Source of the DNA: Candidatus Eiseniibacteriota bacterium
GTDB taxonomy: Bacteria; Eisenbacteria; RBG-16-71-46; DASYSL01
Assembly (NCBI GenBank): GCA_031431875.1
Contig: JANPEF010000131.1
Coordinates: 1 to 52,637, forward strand
Direction: 5' to 3'
DNA: 52,637 bases
The translations under genes were made by a program, and so were the position numbers. Below the pieces are notes generated by a model. The model ran no database searches. It was given only the letters and a program-made list of their open reading frames with translations, and was not told the origin of the DNA. This document shows positions 36,646 to 48,193 of the stretch, piece by piece (the first letter of the stretch is position 1; each line of letters starts with the position of its first letter).

Positions 36646-38811
36646 ATGACCCCGCCTTCCGGTACCGCCACTCCGCCGCTCGACGCCCCGGCCGCCCGCC
36701 CCGCAAGCGGCTTGCCGCTGCGCACCGAGAAGGGCGTCTGCCCGCACGACTGTCCCGACGCCTGCGCGCTGCTGGTCGAGGTGGAGGGCGAGAAGGTCGT
36801 GCGCGTGCACGGCGATCCGACGCACCCGGTCACCCGCGGCTTCCTGTGCAACAAGGTCAATCGCTACCCCGAGCGGCTCAACTCGACGGAGCGGCTGCTC
36901 TACCCGCAGATCCGCGTCGGGAAGAAAGGCGAGGGCGTGTTCCGCCGCGCCACGTGGGACGAGGCGCTCGACCTGGTCGCCACGCGGCTCGGCGCGATCC
37001 ATGCGCAGCACGGTGGCGAGTCGATCCTCCCGTACCACTACGCGGGAACGATGGGCCTGATCCAGAACGGCTCGCTCGATCGCCGGTTCTTCCACGCGCT
37101 CGGCGCGTCGCGGCTCGACGAGACGATCTGCTCCATGGCGGGAATGATCGGCTTCTGGTCGTGCTACGGCTCGAGCCAGGGGCCGCCGCCCGAGGCCCTG
37201 CCGCTGGCGCGGCTGGTCGTCCTGTGGGGCGCGAACGTGCTCGCCACGTCGATCCACGACTGGCCGTTCATCGAGGAGGCGCGCGCTGCCGGCGCGCCGC
37301 TCGTGGTCATCGATCCCTTGCTCACGCCGACGGCCGAGCGCGCCGACTGGCACATCCGCATCCGCCCGGGCAGCGATCCCGCGTTCGCCCTCGCGGTCGC
37401 GCACGAGATCTTCTCGGCCGGTCTGCACGACGAGGCGTGGCTCGACGCGCACGCGCAGGACTGGCGCCTCTACCGCGAGCGCGCGGCGACGTGCCCGCCC
37501 GAGCGGGCCGAAGCGTTGTGCGGCGTCTCCGCGGCCGATATCCGGCGCTTCGCCGCGATGTACGCCGATGCCGCGTCGCGCCCCGCGTACGTGCGACTCA
37601 ATTACGGCCTCAATCGCCACGCCAACGGCGCGACGCAGGTGCGCGCCGTGGCGCTGTTGCCCGCGCTCGTCGGCGACTGGGCGCGGCCCGGCGGCGGCGC
37701 CCGGCTGTCGACCAGCGGCGGCTTCGGCTTCAACAAGACGGCCCTGGCCCGCCCCGACCTCGAGCCGGGACCGGACACGCCGCGCACGATCAACATGACG
37801 GAGCTGGGCCATGCGCTGGCGGCGACGGACGCGCCGGTGAAGGCGATCTTCGTCTACTCGGCGAACCCGGCCGCGTCCAACCCCGACCAGGCGAGCGTGA
37901 TCAAGGGCCTCGAGCGCGAGGATCTGTTCACGGTCGTGCACGAGCAGTTGCCGACCGACACTGCGCGCTACGCCGACGTGCTGCTGCCCTCGACGATGGC
38001 GATGGAGCAGCCCGACCTCCACTTCGCCTACGGGCACTACCACGTGCAGCTCAATCGCCCGGCGGTCAAGGCTCCGGGTGAGTGCCGGCCGCTGCTCGAG
38101 GTGTTCCGCGCGCTGGCCAGGAGGATGGGGCTCAACGAGCCGGGGACGAAGAGCGCCGGGATGTTCGACGCGACGTTCGAGGAGCTGGTGCGCGCGGCGC
38201 TCGACAATCCTGCCAATCCACGGTTGCAGGGCATCACGCTCGAGCGACTCGATGCCGAGCGCTCGATCCCGCTCGCGCCGCAGGACGGGCGGCTGCCGTA
38301 CTATTCGCCGTTCCTCGACGGGCGCTTCGACACGCCGTCGGGGAAGGTCGAGTTCTCGTCGGAGCGGATGCGTGCCGCGGGCATCGATCCGGTGCTGGGC
38401 GCGCTCACCTCCGAGGAGGCCGACCCGGCGGTGGCCGCCGAGCACGCCCGCTTTCCGCTGCACTTCCTGTCGCCGGCATCGCGCTACTTCATCAACTCGT
38501 CGATGGTCGAGAACGAGCGCGGGCGCCGGATGCAGAAGGGCCCGCTGCTCTACTTGAGCGCGCCGGACGCCGCCGCACGCGGGATCGTCGACGGTGACCA
38601 GGTGCGGGTGACGAACGACCGGGGCGGCTGGACCGCGATCGCCGCGATCGGCGAGCTGACCGGCCCGGGCGTGGTGGCGACCTACCGCGGCTGGTGGTCG
38701 CGCTTCACCATCGACGGCACCAACGCGAATCGCACCACTTCGCAGCGACTGACCGACGCCGGCGGCGGCGCGACGTTCTACTCGACGTTCGTCGAGGTGG
38801 CGAAGGCCTGA
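36646..38811 (+). CDS. Molybdopterin oxidoreductase (DMSO reductase/MopB superfamily), cytoplasmic, Cys-ligated
   Basis: CPHDCPDAC..GFLCNK [4Fe-4S] motif, TICS ligand, WGAN, IRPGSD, ADVLLP, and a C-terminal dinucleotide-binding domain. No Tat signal. Confidence 0.92.
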   Translation: MTPPSGTATPPLDAPAARPASGLPLRTEKGVCPHDCPDACALLVEVEGEKVVRVHGDPTHPVTRGFLCNKVNRYPERLNSTERLLYPQIRVGKKGEGVFRRATWDEALDLVATRLGAIHAQHGGESILPYHYAGTMGLIQNGSLDRRFFHALGASRLDETICSMAGMIGFWSCYGSSQGPPPEALPLARLVVLWGANVLATSIHDWPFIEEARAAGAPLVVIDPLLTPTAERADWHIRIRPGSDPAFALAVAHEIFSAGLHDEAWLDAHAQDWRLYRERAATCPPERAEALCGVSAADIRRFAAMYADAASRPAYVRLNYGLNRHANGATQVRAVALLPALVGDWARPGGGARLSTSGGFGFNKTALARPDLEPGPDTPRTINMTELGHALAATDAPVKAIFVYSANPAASNPDQASVIKGLEREDLFTVVHEQLPTDTARYADVLLPSTMAMEQPDLHFAYGHYHVQLNRPAVKAPGECRPLLEVFRALARRMGLNEPGTKSAGMFDATFEELVRAALDNPANPRLQGITLERLDAERSIPLAPQDGRLPYYSPFLDGRFDTPSGKVEFSSERMRAAGIDPVLGALTSEEADPAVAAEHARFPLHFLSPASRYFINSSMVENERGRRMQKGPLLYLSAPDAAARGIVDGDQVRVTNDRGGWTAIAAIGELTGPGVVATYRGWWSRFTIDGTNANRTTSQRLTDAGGGATFYSTFVEVAKA

Positions 38812-39242
38812 TCCTCGCCGGGCGCACCCTGCTGCGCCCACGCCGCGATCCGGATCACCTCGGCGGGGTCCAGCGGGAATCCGCCCTGCGGCATGGGCTG
38901 CCCGCTGATCCGTGCATCATTGCGCAACTTCATCACCATGTAGCTGTTCGCGCTGTCGCCCGGGGCGATGCGCTGGAACGCGCCGTTCTGCGCGGCCACG
39001 ACGCCGACGATCGACAGGTAGGACGTGCGCGCGTCGTCGAGCCCCATGCCCTGGCGCGGCGTCGCGCCGCCGTGGCAGTTGGAGAACGCACAACTCGCGG
39101 TGAAGACCTGCTGGATGCTGTCGGGCACGCCGAGGATCGGCTCGGGCGGGGGCGGGGCGACGAGCTTCTCGGTGCACCCGGCGGCGAAGAGGGCCAGCGT
39201 GACGGCGCACGCGACGAGGATGGGAGCGACGAAGCGGGACAC
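38778..39242 (-). CDS. Lipoprotein, c-type cytochrome-like with CX4CH motif
   Basis: GAGGT RBS, lipobox FAAGC, CAFSNCH, RIAPGDSANSYMVMKL, distal MP, IAAWAQQGA (planctomycete cytochrome c-like pattern). Confidence 0.75.
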   Translation of the reverse strand: MSRFVAPILVACAVTLALFAAGCTEKLVAPPPPEPILGVPDSIQQVFTASCAFSNCHGGATPRQGMGLDDARTSYLSIVGVVAAQNGAFQRIAPGDSANSYMVMKLRNDARISGQPMPQGGFPLDPAEVIRIAAWAQQGAPGEDQAFATSTNVE

Positions 39243-39295
39243 GGAGCACCTCGCGGCGAAGTCCGGGGGAAAACGGGGGCGAACGCGACCCATGC

Positions 39296-39324
39296 ATGGT
39301 AGAAAGGGAGTCCATCCCTGTCAA
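39296..39324 (-). promoter_or_regulatory. Sigma70-type promoter of the cytochrome-like gene
   Basis: TTGACA-17 nt-TACCAT. Confidence 0.7.
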
Positions 39325-39354
39325 TCATCCGCGGACGGATCCGCAGGAGGACGC

Positions 39355-40674
39355 GTGCGCATCGAAGCTCCATCCGAACTCATCCGTGCGGGCGCGGGTT
39401 TTCACTACGCGGGCGGTCGGCTGACCGCCGCAGGGGTCGCGCTCGAGGACATCCTCGCGGCGACCGGCGCGGCGTTCGTCTACGACGCGACGCGGGTCGA
39501 CGCGGCGTGCCGTGCGCTGGTCGCGGCATTCCCCGCGCCGCACGCCGGCGTGCGCTACGCGATCAAGGCCAACACCAACCCGACCGTGCTGGCGCGCGTG
39601 CGTGCCCGGGGGCTCGGCGCCGAGGTCGCCTCGGGCGGCGAGATGGCGCTGGCGCTGGCCGCGGGCTACGCGCCGGCCGAGATCGTGCTCAACGGCAACG
39701 GCAAGACCGACGCCGAGCTGGCCGCCGCGGTCGACGCGGGCGCAGGCTTCGTCAGCGCCGACAGCCCCGTCGAGCTCGACCGGCTGGAGCGGATCGCCGG
39801 GCTCGCGGGGCGCACCGTGCGGGCGCTGCTCCGCGTCAATCCTGACGTCGACGCGCACACGCATCCCTACATCGCGACCGGCCTCGCCGAGACCAAGTTC
39901 GGGATGACGCCCGTCGAGGCGCTCGCCGCCTGCGCGCGCACCCGGGACTGGCCGCACGTGATGCTGGCCGGCCTGCACGTGCACATCGGCTCGCAGATTC
40001 TCGAGCTGCGGCCGCTCGAGGATGCGCTGGCCGAGGCATTGCAGATCCTCGACGCCGGCCGCGGCGCCGGGGCGCCCTTGACGACGCTCGACCTGGGCGG
40101 GGGCTTCGGCATCGACTACGCGGGCGACGGCGTCACCTTTCCGCTCGAGGCCTGGGGCCGCACGCTGTGCGCCGCGGGAATGTCGCGCGGCATCACCGTG
40201 CTGGTCGAGCCCGGGCGCTACGTCGTCGGGGACGCCGGCGCGTTGGTCACCCGCGTGCTCGACGTCAAGCGTGCGCCGACGCGCACGTTCGTCGTGCTCG
40301 ACGTGGCGATGAACGACCTGCTGCGCCCGGCGCTGTACGACGCGCACCACCGCATCGTCCCGCTGCGCGAGCCGGCCGCCGGTGCGCTGCCGCTGGTCGC
40401 CGACGTCGTGGGCCCGGTGTGCGAGAGCGGCGACACGTTCGCGCGCGGCCGCGCTCTCGCGCCACTGTCGCCCGGCGACGGCGTGGCCATCCTCGACGCC
40501 GGCGCGTACGGCTACGCCATGAGCTCGAACTACAACGCCCGGGGCCGGCTGCCCGAGGTGCTGGTCGAGGGTGGGCGAGCCCGCCGGATCCGCCGCGGCG
40601 AAACCACTGCCGACGTGGTCCGCCTGGCCTGCGACGAGCCGCTCGACCTCTACCCGGCACCGCCGGGCACTTGA
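39355..40674 (+). CDS. lysA: Diaminopimelate decarboxylase
   Basis: AGGAGG RBS, YAIKAN, HPYIATG..KFG, HVHIGSQ, EPGRY, GPVCESGD, GAYGYAMSSNYN. Confidence 0.95.
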   Translation: MRIEAPSELIRAGAGFHYAGGRLTAAGVALEDILAATGAAFVYDATRVDAACRALVAAFPAPHAGVRYAIKANTNPTVLARVRARGLGAEVASGGEMALALAAGYAPAEIVLNGNGKTDAELAAAVDAGAGFVSADSPVELDRLERIAGLAGRTVRALLRVNPDVDAHTHPYIATGLAETKFGMTPVEALAACARTRDWPHVMLAGLHVHIGSQILELRPLEDALAEALQILDAGRGAGAPLTTLDLGGGFGIDYAGDGVTFPLEAWGRTLCAAGMSRGITVLVEPGRYVVGDAGALVTRVLDVKRAPTRTFVVLDVAMNDLLRPALYDAHHRIVPLREPAAGALPLVADVVGPVCESGDTFARGRALAPLSPGDGVAILDAGAYGYAMSSNYNARGRLPEVLVEGGRARRIRRGETTADVVRLACDEPLDLYPAPPGT

Positions 40675-40712
40675 CCGGCACGCCGGCGGGAGGTGACCGC
40701 ATCGAACCCCGT

Positions 40713-43042
<2,330 letters not shown>

Positions 43043-43046
<4 letters not shown>

Positions 43047-43432
43047 GCCCGCACGGGCCCCGCATCCTGCTGGTCGACGACGACGCGCACACGAAGGAAA
43101 CCCTCGCCGACATGATCCAGCGCGAGGGGTGGATGTTCGACGTGGCCAACACGGTGGAGGAGGCGCTCGCCGCGGTGGAGGACCTCGATCCCGAGGCGAT
43201 CGTGCTCGAACCCGCCGCCGATGGCGCGCGGGCCGTCTCGCTGCTGGTCTCGCTGCGCCGCCGCGCGGCGTGGATCCCGGTCCTGCTCTACACCGACGAT
43301 CCCGCGTACGACGAGCAGTACGTCCTCGAGCACGGCGCGAGCGAGATCGTGCGCAAGTCCGCCGGCCTCGATGCGCTGCGCGTGGCGATCGCCGCCACGC
43401 TCGCGGACGAGGAGACGGACCGGCCGCTCTAG
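43043..43432 (+). CDS. Single-domain receiver protein with Glu at the phospho-acceptor position
   Basis: ILLVDDD, IVLEP, PVLLYT, IVRK. ATGA overlap with copA. Confidence 0.8.
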
Positions 43433-43454
43433 CCCGGGCGCTCGCCGGAGGCCG

Positions 43455-44060
43455 CTACCGCAGCGGCGTGAAGTTGAACGTGAGCCCCACCGACATGCCC
43501 AGCGACGAGACGTCGTTCTCGGGCTTTCCGTACAGGTAGCTCGCCTCGACCGGCAGCGACAGGAGCCGCGACAGGCGGATGTCCGCCCCGCCCATCAGGC
43601 CGAAGCCGGCACCGTCCTCGTCGGCATCGGTGCTGATGCTCCCGAAGTCGTAGCGCAAGGTCTCCGTGACGAAGAACACGTTGGCCTGCAGGTACGGGCG
43701 GACCGAGCCCGTGCCGCTCGACCAGCGCACGCCCGGGCCGAAGTACGACGCGTCGTGCTGGACGTCGACCTCGCTCGGGAAGCCGCCGGTGTCGTCCGTG
43801 ACCTCGTCGCTGGTTACCATCGAACGCCCGTCGATGCAAAGGTCCCAGCTCGGGTTCAGCGAGTAGCGATAGGCGAGCTGGCCCAGGCCCCCGGTCTCGA
43901 GGCCGGAGTCCTCGAAGTCGTCCGACAGGTGGCGGGCCACGCCGAAACCGAGAGTGATGTGATTGCGCATGGGCTCGTGCTCGGCCGCCTGGGCGAGCCC
44001 AGGCAGGGCAGAGGCGATGATCAGGCCGGCGGCAACGACGAGCGTGCGGATGGGGCTCAT
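43455..44060 (-). CDS. Small outer-membrane beta-barrel protein (OmpA/OmpW-like)
   Basis: GGAGG RBS, signal peptide, VRPYL, GFGLMGG, terminal VGLTFNF strand. Confidence 0.8.
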   Translation of the reverse strand: MSPIRTLVVAAGLIIASALPGLAQAAEHEPMRNHITLGFGVARHLSDDFEDSGLETGGLGQLAYRYSLNPSWDLCIDGRSMVTSDEVTDDTGGFPSEVDVQHDASYFGPGVRWSSGTGSVRPYLQANVFFVTETLRYDFGSISTDADEDGAGFGLMGGADIRLSRLLSLPVEASYLYGKPENDVSSLGMSVGLTFNFTPLR

Positions 44061-44154
44061 GGGACCTCCATGTCGGGACTGGAATTGCAGGGGGAGCGAC
44101 CTTTGAACCATAGGTCGCTCCCCGCGCAGGGTCAATCCCTCGCTCCGCTCGCGG

Positions 44155-45789
44155 TCATGCCGCGCGCGACTCCTCGCCGGCGACCGGCGTGGCTTCCGCG
44201 GCATCCGCTCCCGCCGGCAGCGCGGGCACCGCCGGCTGCGCGCTCTCGGCGATCGGCAGGCTGAAGAAGAAGCGGCTGCCCTTGCCCGGCGTGCTCTCGA
44301 CCCAGATGCGTCCGCCATGCAGCTCGACCAGGCGCTTCACCAGGTGGAGCCCCAGGCCCAGCCCCTCGTACTGGCGATTGATCGCCGTGTCCGAGCGGGT
44401 GAACAGGTCGAAGATGCGGTTCAAGTCGCGCGCCGGGATCCCGATCCCCGAGTCCGACACCTCGACCACGACATGCCCGTCGAGGACGCGCGTGCCGATC
44501 TCGATCGAGCCGCCGCTCTCGGTGAACTTGACGGCGTTGTTGAGCAGGTTGATCACCACCTGACGCAACTTCGACGCGTCGACCGCGATGTCCGGCAGGT
44601 CGGCGGCGAGCCGCGGTGACAGGCGGATGCCCTTGCGCACCGCGAGCGTCTCGATCGCCTGCATGCTCGACTCGATCACCTCGTTGACCGACATGGTCGC
44701 CAGGTTGAGGCGGATCGCGCCGCCCTCGAGCCGCGACAGGTCCATGATGTCGTTGACCAGCTCGAGCAGGCGCGACGCCTGATCGTAGAGGATGCGCGAG
44801 AACGTGCGGCGCTGCTCGGGCTCGATCGAGTTCTCGTCCTGCCGCAGGAACTCGGCGTAGGCGATGATGCAGGTCAGCGGCGTCTTGAGCTCGTGGCTGA
44901 CCGTGGTCAGGAACACCTCCTTCATCCGGTTGACCTCGGAGAGGCGGCGATTGGCGTCCTCGAGCAGCGAGGCGCGCGTGTCGAGTGCGTGATAGTCCTC
45001 GACCTTCTGGATCGCGACGGCCGCGTGCTCGCCGAACACCGCGAGGACGCGGGCGTCTCCCGCGGTGAACGGCCGGTCGCGGTCGATGCGGTTGATGTTG
45101 AGCACGCCGATCGCCCGGCCCTTGACCATGAGCGGGATGCACAGTGCCGAGGTGATGTTGCGCCCGCTCTTCTTGTGGGCGGCGAAGCGGCGGTTCATGT
45201 CCTCGGGATTGAGCACCATCGGCTCGCCATTCTGCGCCACGTAGCCGGCGACGCCCTCGCCCAGCTTGATCTTCGCGTCGCGGACGAAGTCGGCGTCGAC
45301 GCCGTGGACGGCGCGGGCGTGGAGCACCTGCGTCTCGGGGTCGAGCATGAGGATCGACGACTGGTCGGCCTCGAGGCAGGTCAGCACCCGGCGCGTGATG
45401 ATGTCGAGGATCGAGTCCACGGTGAACTGCATGTTGACCGAGGTGGACATGTCGAACAGCGACGTGATCTCGCCCAGGCGCGAGCGGAGGATCTCCTCCT
45501 TCATGCGCGAGCGGAACAGGTCGCCGCGCACGTTCGCCATCTCGCGCTGCTTGAGCAGCATGTAGAACATGAAGATGAGCACGAGGCCGCACATGCCGGT
45601 GACCAGCATGCCGCGCGTCTCGGGGGCCGGGATGTCCATCGCCACCAGGCCCCACACCTGGGGCAGGTAGAGCGACGTGATCACGCCGGCCATGACCACG
45701 AGGAGCAGCCCGTTGAGGATCCACAGGCCCCAGTTCCTCCGGTCGATTTCCTCCAGCTCGTCCTCGAAGGCGCTTTCGATAGGCGCCAT
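44155..45789 (-). CDS. Membrane-anchored GAF-domain sensor histidine kinase
   Basis: Two N-terminal TM helices, GAF ([14 protein letters not shown]), [29 protein letters not shown]. Confidence 0.93.
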   Translation of the reverse strand: MAPIESAFEDELEEIDRRNWGLWILNGLLLVVMAGVITSLYLPQVWGLVAMDIPAPETRGMLVTGMCGLVLIFMFYMLLKQREMANVRGDLFRSRMKEEILRSRLGEITSLFDMSTSVNMQFTVDSILDIITRRVLTCLEADQSSILMLDPETQVLHARAVHGVDADFVRDAKIKLGEGVAGYVAQNGEPMVLNPEDMNRRFAAHKKSGRNITSALCIPLMVKGRAIGVLNINRIDRDRPFTAGDARVLAVFGEHAAVAIQKVEDYHALDTRASLLEDANRRLSEVNRMKEVFLTTVSHELKTPLTCIIAYAEFLRQDENSIEPEQRRTFSRILYDQASRLLELVNDIMDLSRLEGGAIRLNLATMSVNEVIESSMQAIETLAVRKGIRLSPRLAADLPDIAVDASKLRQVVINLLNNAVKFTESGGSIEIGTRVLDGHVVVEVSDSGIGIPARDLNRIFDLFTRSDTAINRQYEGLGLGLHLVKRLVELHGGRIWVESTPGKGSRFFFSLPIAESAQPAVPALPAGADAAEATPVAGEESRAA

Positions 45790-46022
45790 GTTCCCCCCGA
45801 TGTGGGTCGGCGGGGCGCTTCCCGGCGGGGAAGGACCCGTACGACGTACCTGCATGTTTTCGGCCGCCATGGACAGGAAGTGGAGCGGAATCGATTGCGA
45901 ACGCGTGCTCGCGGTGGCCCGGGCCGTTGCAACGTGCAACGCGGGGAACCGTGGGAGGGCGTGCTAGGCTTGCTGCACCCATGCCGTCCATCGCCCCGAG
46001 AACCAGCCAGGAGGGTCCTCTC

Positions 46023-46490
46023 GTGTTCGCACCCAGCCGCAGCTTCGTAGTCCCTGCCCTGCCATCGCTGCTCGCCCTGATGCTGGTCGCCGCCGTAACG
46101 TCGGCTGCGTTCGCCGCCGCGGGTCGCCTCGAACTCCCCGGGACCGACGCTGCACTGACCGCTCCGGCGGGGCCCGCGATCACCCCGCACCCGCCGTTCG
46201 TGTTCGCGCCCCTCGGTGGACCGCGGATCCTCGACCCCACGAACCCGATGCGCGAGATCTCGCCCGGCGTCTACGAGGGCATCATCCCGGTGCAATTGGC
46301 CGACGGCATGTGGCGCATCGACCTCGATGAGCGCTTTCTGCTGTTCTCGGTGGCGCGGCGGGCCGGGAGCGGGCGATTCACGCACTCGTGTGTGAGCGGC
46401 CTCGACGGGCTCGTGCGCTGGCAGGGAGCCGTGCAGCCGAAGGTGACCACGCCGGGCGGCACGGTGCGCACGCAGTGGGAGGCGCAATGA
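46023..46490 (+). CDS. Small secreted hypothetical protein coupled to the downstream peptidase
   Basis: AGGAGG 8 nt before GTG 46023, signal peptide, and a stop overlapping the next ATG. Alternative ATG at 45981. Confidence 0.7.
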   Translation: MFAPSRSFVVPALPSLLALMLVAAVTSAAFAAAGRLELPGTDAALTAPAGPAITPHPPFVFAPLGGPRILDPTNPMREISPGVYEGIIPVQLADGMWRIDLDERFLLFSVARRAGSGRFTHSCVSGLDGLVRWQGAVQPKVTTPGGTVRTQWEAQ

Positions 46491-48193
46491 GCGCCGGCCG
46501 CATTGCGACCGCCGCGATTCTCGCGGGGCTGCTGGCCCTCGCCCCGATGGCCGACGCCGCGACCATCACCATCGTCAACCTCGACAGCGCCGGCGAGGGC
46601 TTCAACGACGCGACGGTGGTCGCGCCGGTGGGCGGCAATCCGGGCACGACGCGCGGCGCGCAGCGGCTGTTCGTCTTCCAGACCGCGGCCTCGATCTGGG
46701 GCTCGCTCCTGCCGAGCGCGGTCGAGATCCGCGTCAACGCGAACTTCAACCCCCTGAGCTGCGATGCGACGAGCGCCGTCTTGGGTGGTGCCAACTCGGC
46801 GACGAACGTGGCGAACTTCGCGGGCGCCGAGCAGACCAACACGTGGTACCCGATCGCGCTCGCCAATCGCATGGCCGGGGTGGACCTGGCCGGCGCGGCG
46901 AACGACATCAACGCGCAGTTCAACTCCACGCTCGACGGGGGCACCTGCCTCGGCGGGACGACCTGGTACTACGGCATCGACGGCAACGAGGGGACCAATG
47001 TCGAGCTGCTGCCGGTCGTGCTCCATGAGCTGGGCCATGGGCTGGGCTTCGCGGGCACGACCTCGCTGACGACGGGCGCGCTCCTGAGCAGCCGGGCGAA
47101 CATCTACGAGCGCAACCTGTTCGATCGCACGCTCGGCCTGCAGTGGCCCGCGATGACGAACGCGCAGCGGCTCACCTCGGCGGTCAACTCGGGCAACCTG
47201 GTATGGACCGGTTCGGCGGTGCGCACGATTGCGCCGACGATCCTGGGCCAGCGAACGGACCTGAGCATCGATTCGCCGCCCGCAATCGCCGGGATCAAGA
47301 TCTTCGGCAACGCCGCTTTCGGACCGCGGCCGGACGCGCAGGCCATCAGCGGCGAGGTCGTCCTCGTCGACGACGAGGTCGCACCCGTGAGCGACGGTTG
47401 CGAAGGCATCGGCAACGGTCCGCTGGTGGCCGGGAACATCGCGCTGATCGACCGCGGATTCTGCCCGTTCATCGACAAGGCGGCGAACGCACAGGCGGTG
47501 GGAGCGATCGCGGTGATCATCATCAACAACGTCGCGGGCGCGCCGCCGGCCATGGGCGGAAGTCTCCCCGGCCTCACCATCCCGGTCGTCAGCATCACGC
47601 AGGCCGACGGCAACGCGATCAAGGCGCAGCTCCTGACCGGTCCGGTCACGGCGACGCTGGGGCCGAACGCCGGGTTCATTGCCGGCTGTGACGACGAGGG
47701 CCGGCCGCGCATGTACGCGCCGAACCCGGTCGAGCAGGGCTCCTCGGTGTCGCACTGGGACACCTCGGCCGAGCCCAGCCTGCTCATGGAGCCGTTCATC
47801 ACGAACGGCCTGAGCAGCGACGTCGACCTGACGCAGTTCGCGTTCGAGGACATCGGCTGGTTCAACCCGCGCCTGACCGATGCGCCGGGCGACGGCCTGG
47901 CCACGCGGCTGGCGCTGCTCGCCGCGCGCCCGAACCCGTTCGCCGCGATGACCAGCCTCGCGTTCGACCTGCCGCGGGCGGGCCGCGCCACACTCGTCGT
48001 GTTCGACGTGGCGGGGCGACGGGTCAAGAGCCTGCTCGACGGCGAGATGCCGGCCGGCCGGCATGCGGTGAGCTGGGATGCGACCGATGACGCGGGTGCG
48101 AAGGTGTCGCCCGGCGTGTACTTCTACCGCCTCACCACGGCCGAAGGCGCGGGGACGAAGAGCGCGGTGTTCGTCGCGGGGGACGGGCGTTAG
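46487..48193 (+). CDS. Secreted zinc metallopeptidase with PA domain and FlgD-Ig tail
   Basis: Signal peptide, HELGHGLGF, PA domain (IALIDRGFCPFIDKA..GAIAVIIINN), SHWD..LLMEP, PNPF..GVYF tail. Confidence 0.88.
   Translation: MSAGRIATAAILAGLLALAPMADAATITIVNLDSAGEGFNDATVVAPVGGNPGTTRGAQRLFVFQTAASIWGSLLPSAVEIRVNANFNPLSCDATSAVLGGANSATNVANFAGAEQTNTWYPIALANRMAGVDLAGAANDINAQFNSTLDGGTCLGGTTWYYGIDGNEGTNVELLPVVLHELGHGLGFAGTTSLTTGALLSSRANIYERNLFDRTLGLQWPAMTNAQRLTSAVNSGNLVWTGSAVRTIAPTILGQRTDLSIDSPPAIAGIKIFGNAAFGPRPDAQAISGEVVLVDDEVAPVSDGCEGIGNGPLVAGNIALIDRGFCPFIDKAANAQAVGAIAVIIINNVAGAPPAMGGSLPGLTIPVVSITQADGNAIKAQLLTGPVTATLGPNAGFIAGCDDEGRPRMYAPNPVEQGSSVSHWDTSAEPSLLMEPFITNGLSSDVDLTQFAFEDIGWFNPRLTDAPGDGLATRLALLAARPNPFAAMTSLAFDLPRAGRATLVVFDVAGRRVKSLLDGEMPAGRHAVSWDATDDAGAKVSPGVYFYRLTTAEGAGTKSAVFVAGDGR

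Noticed and set aside
35262..38811. Long N-terminal extensions on the mobA and oxidoreductase ORFs suggesting fusions or overlaps
   Set aside because: The extensions overlap real upstream genes in other frames. Motif-bearing sequence starts at ATG 35934 and ATG 36646.
36646..39242. Cytochrome lipoprotein as electron partner of the Mo enzyme
   Set aside because: The genes are convergent with separate promoters, and the enzyme lacks a Tat signal while the cytochrome is exported.
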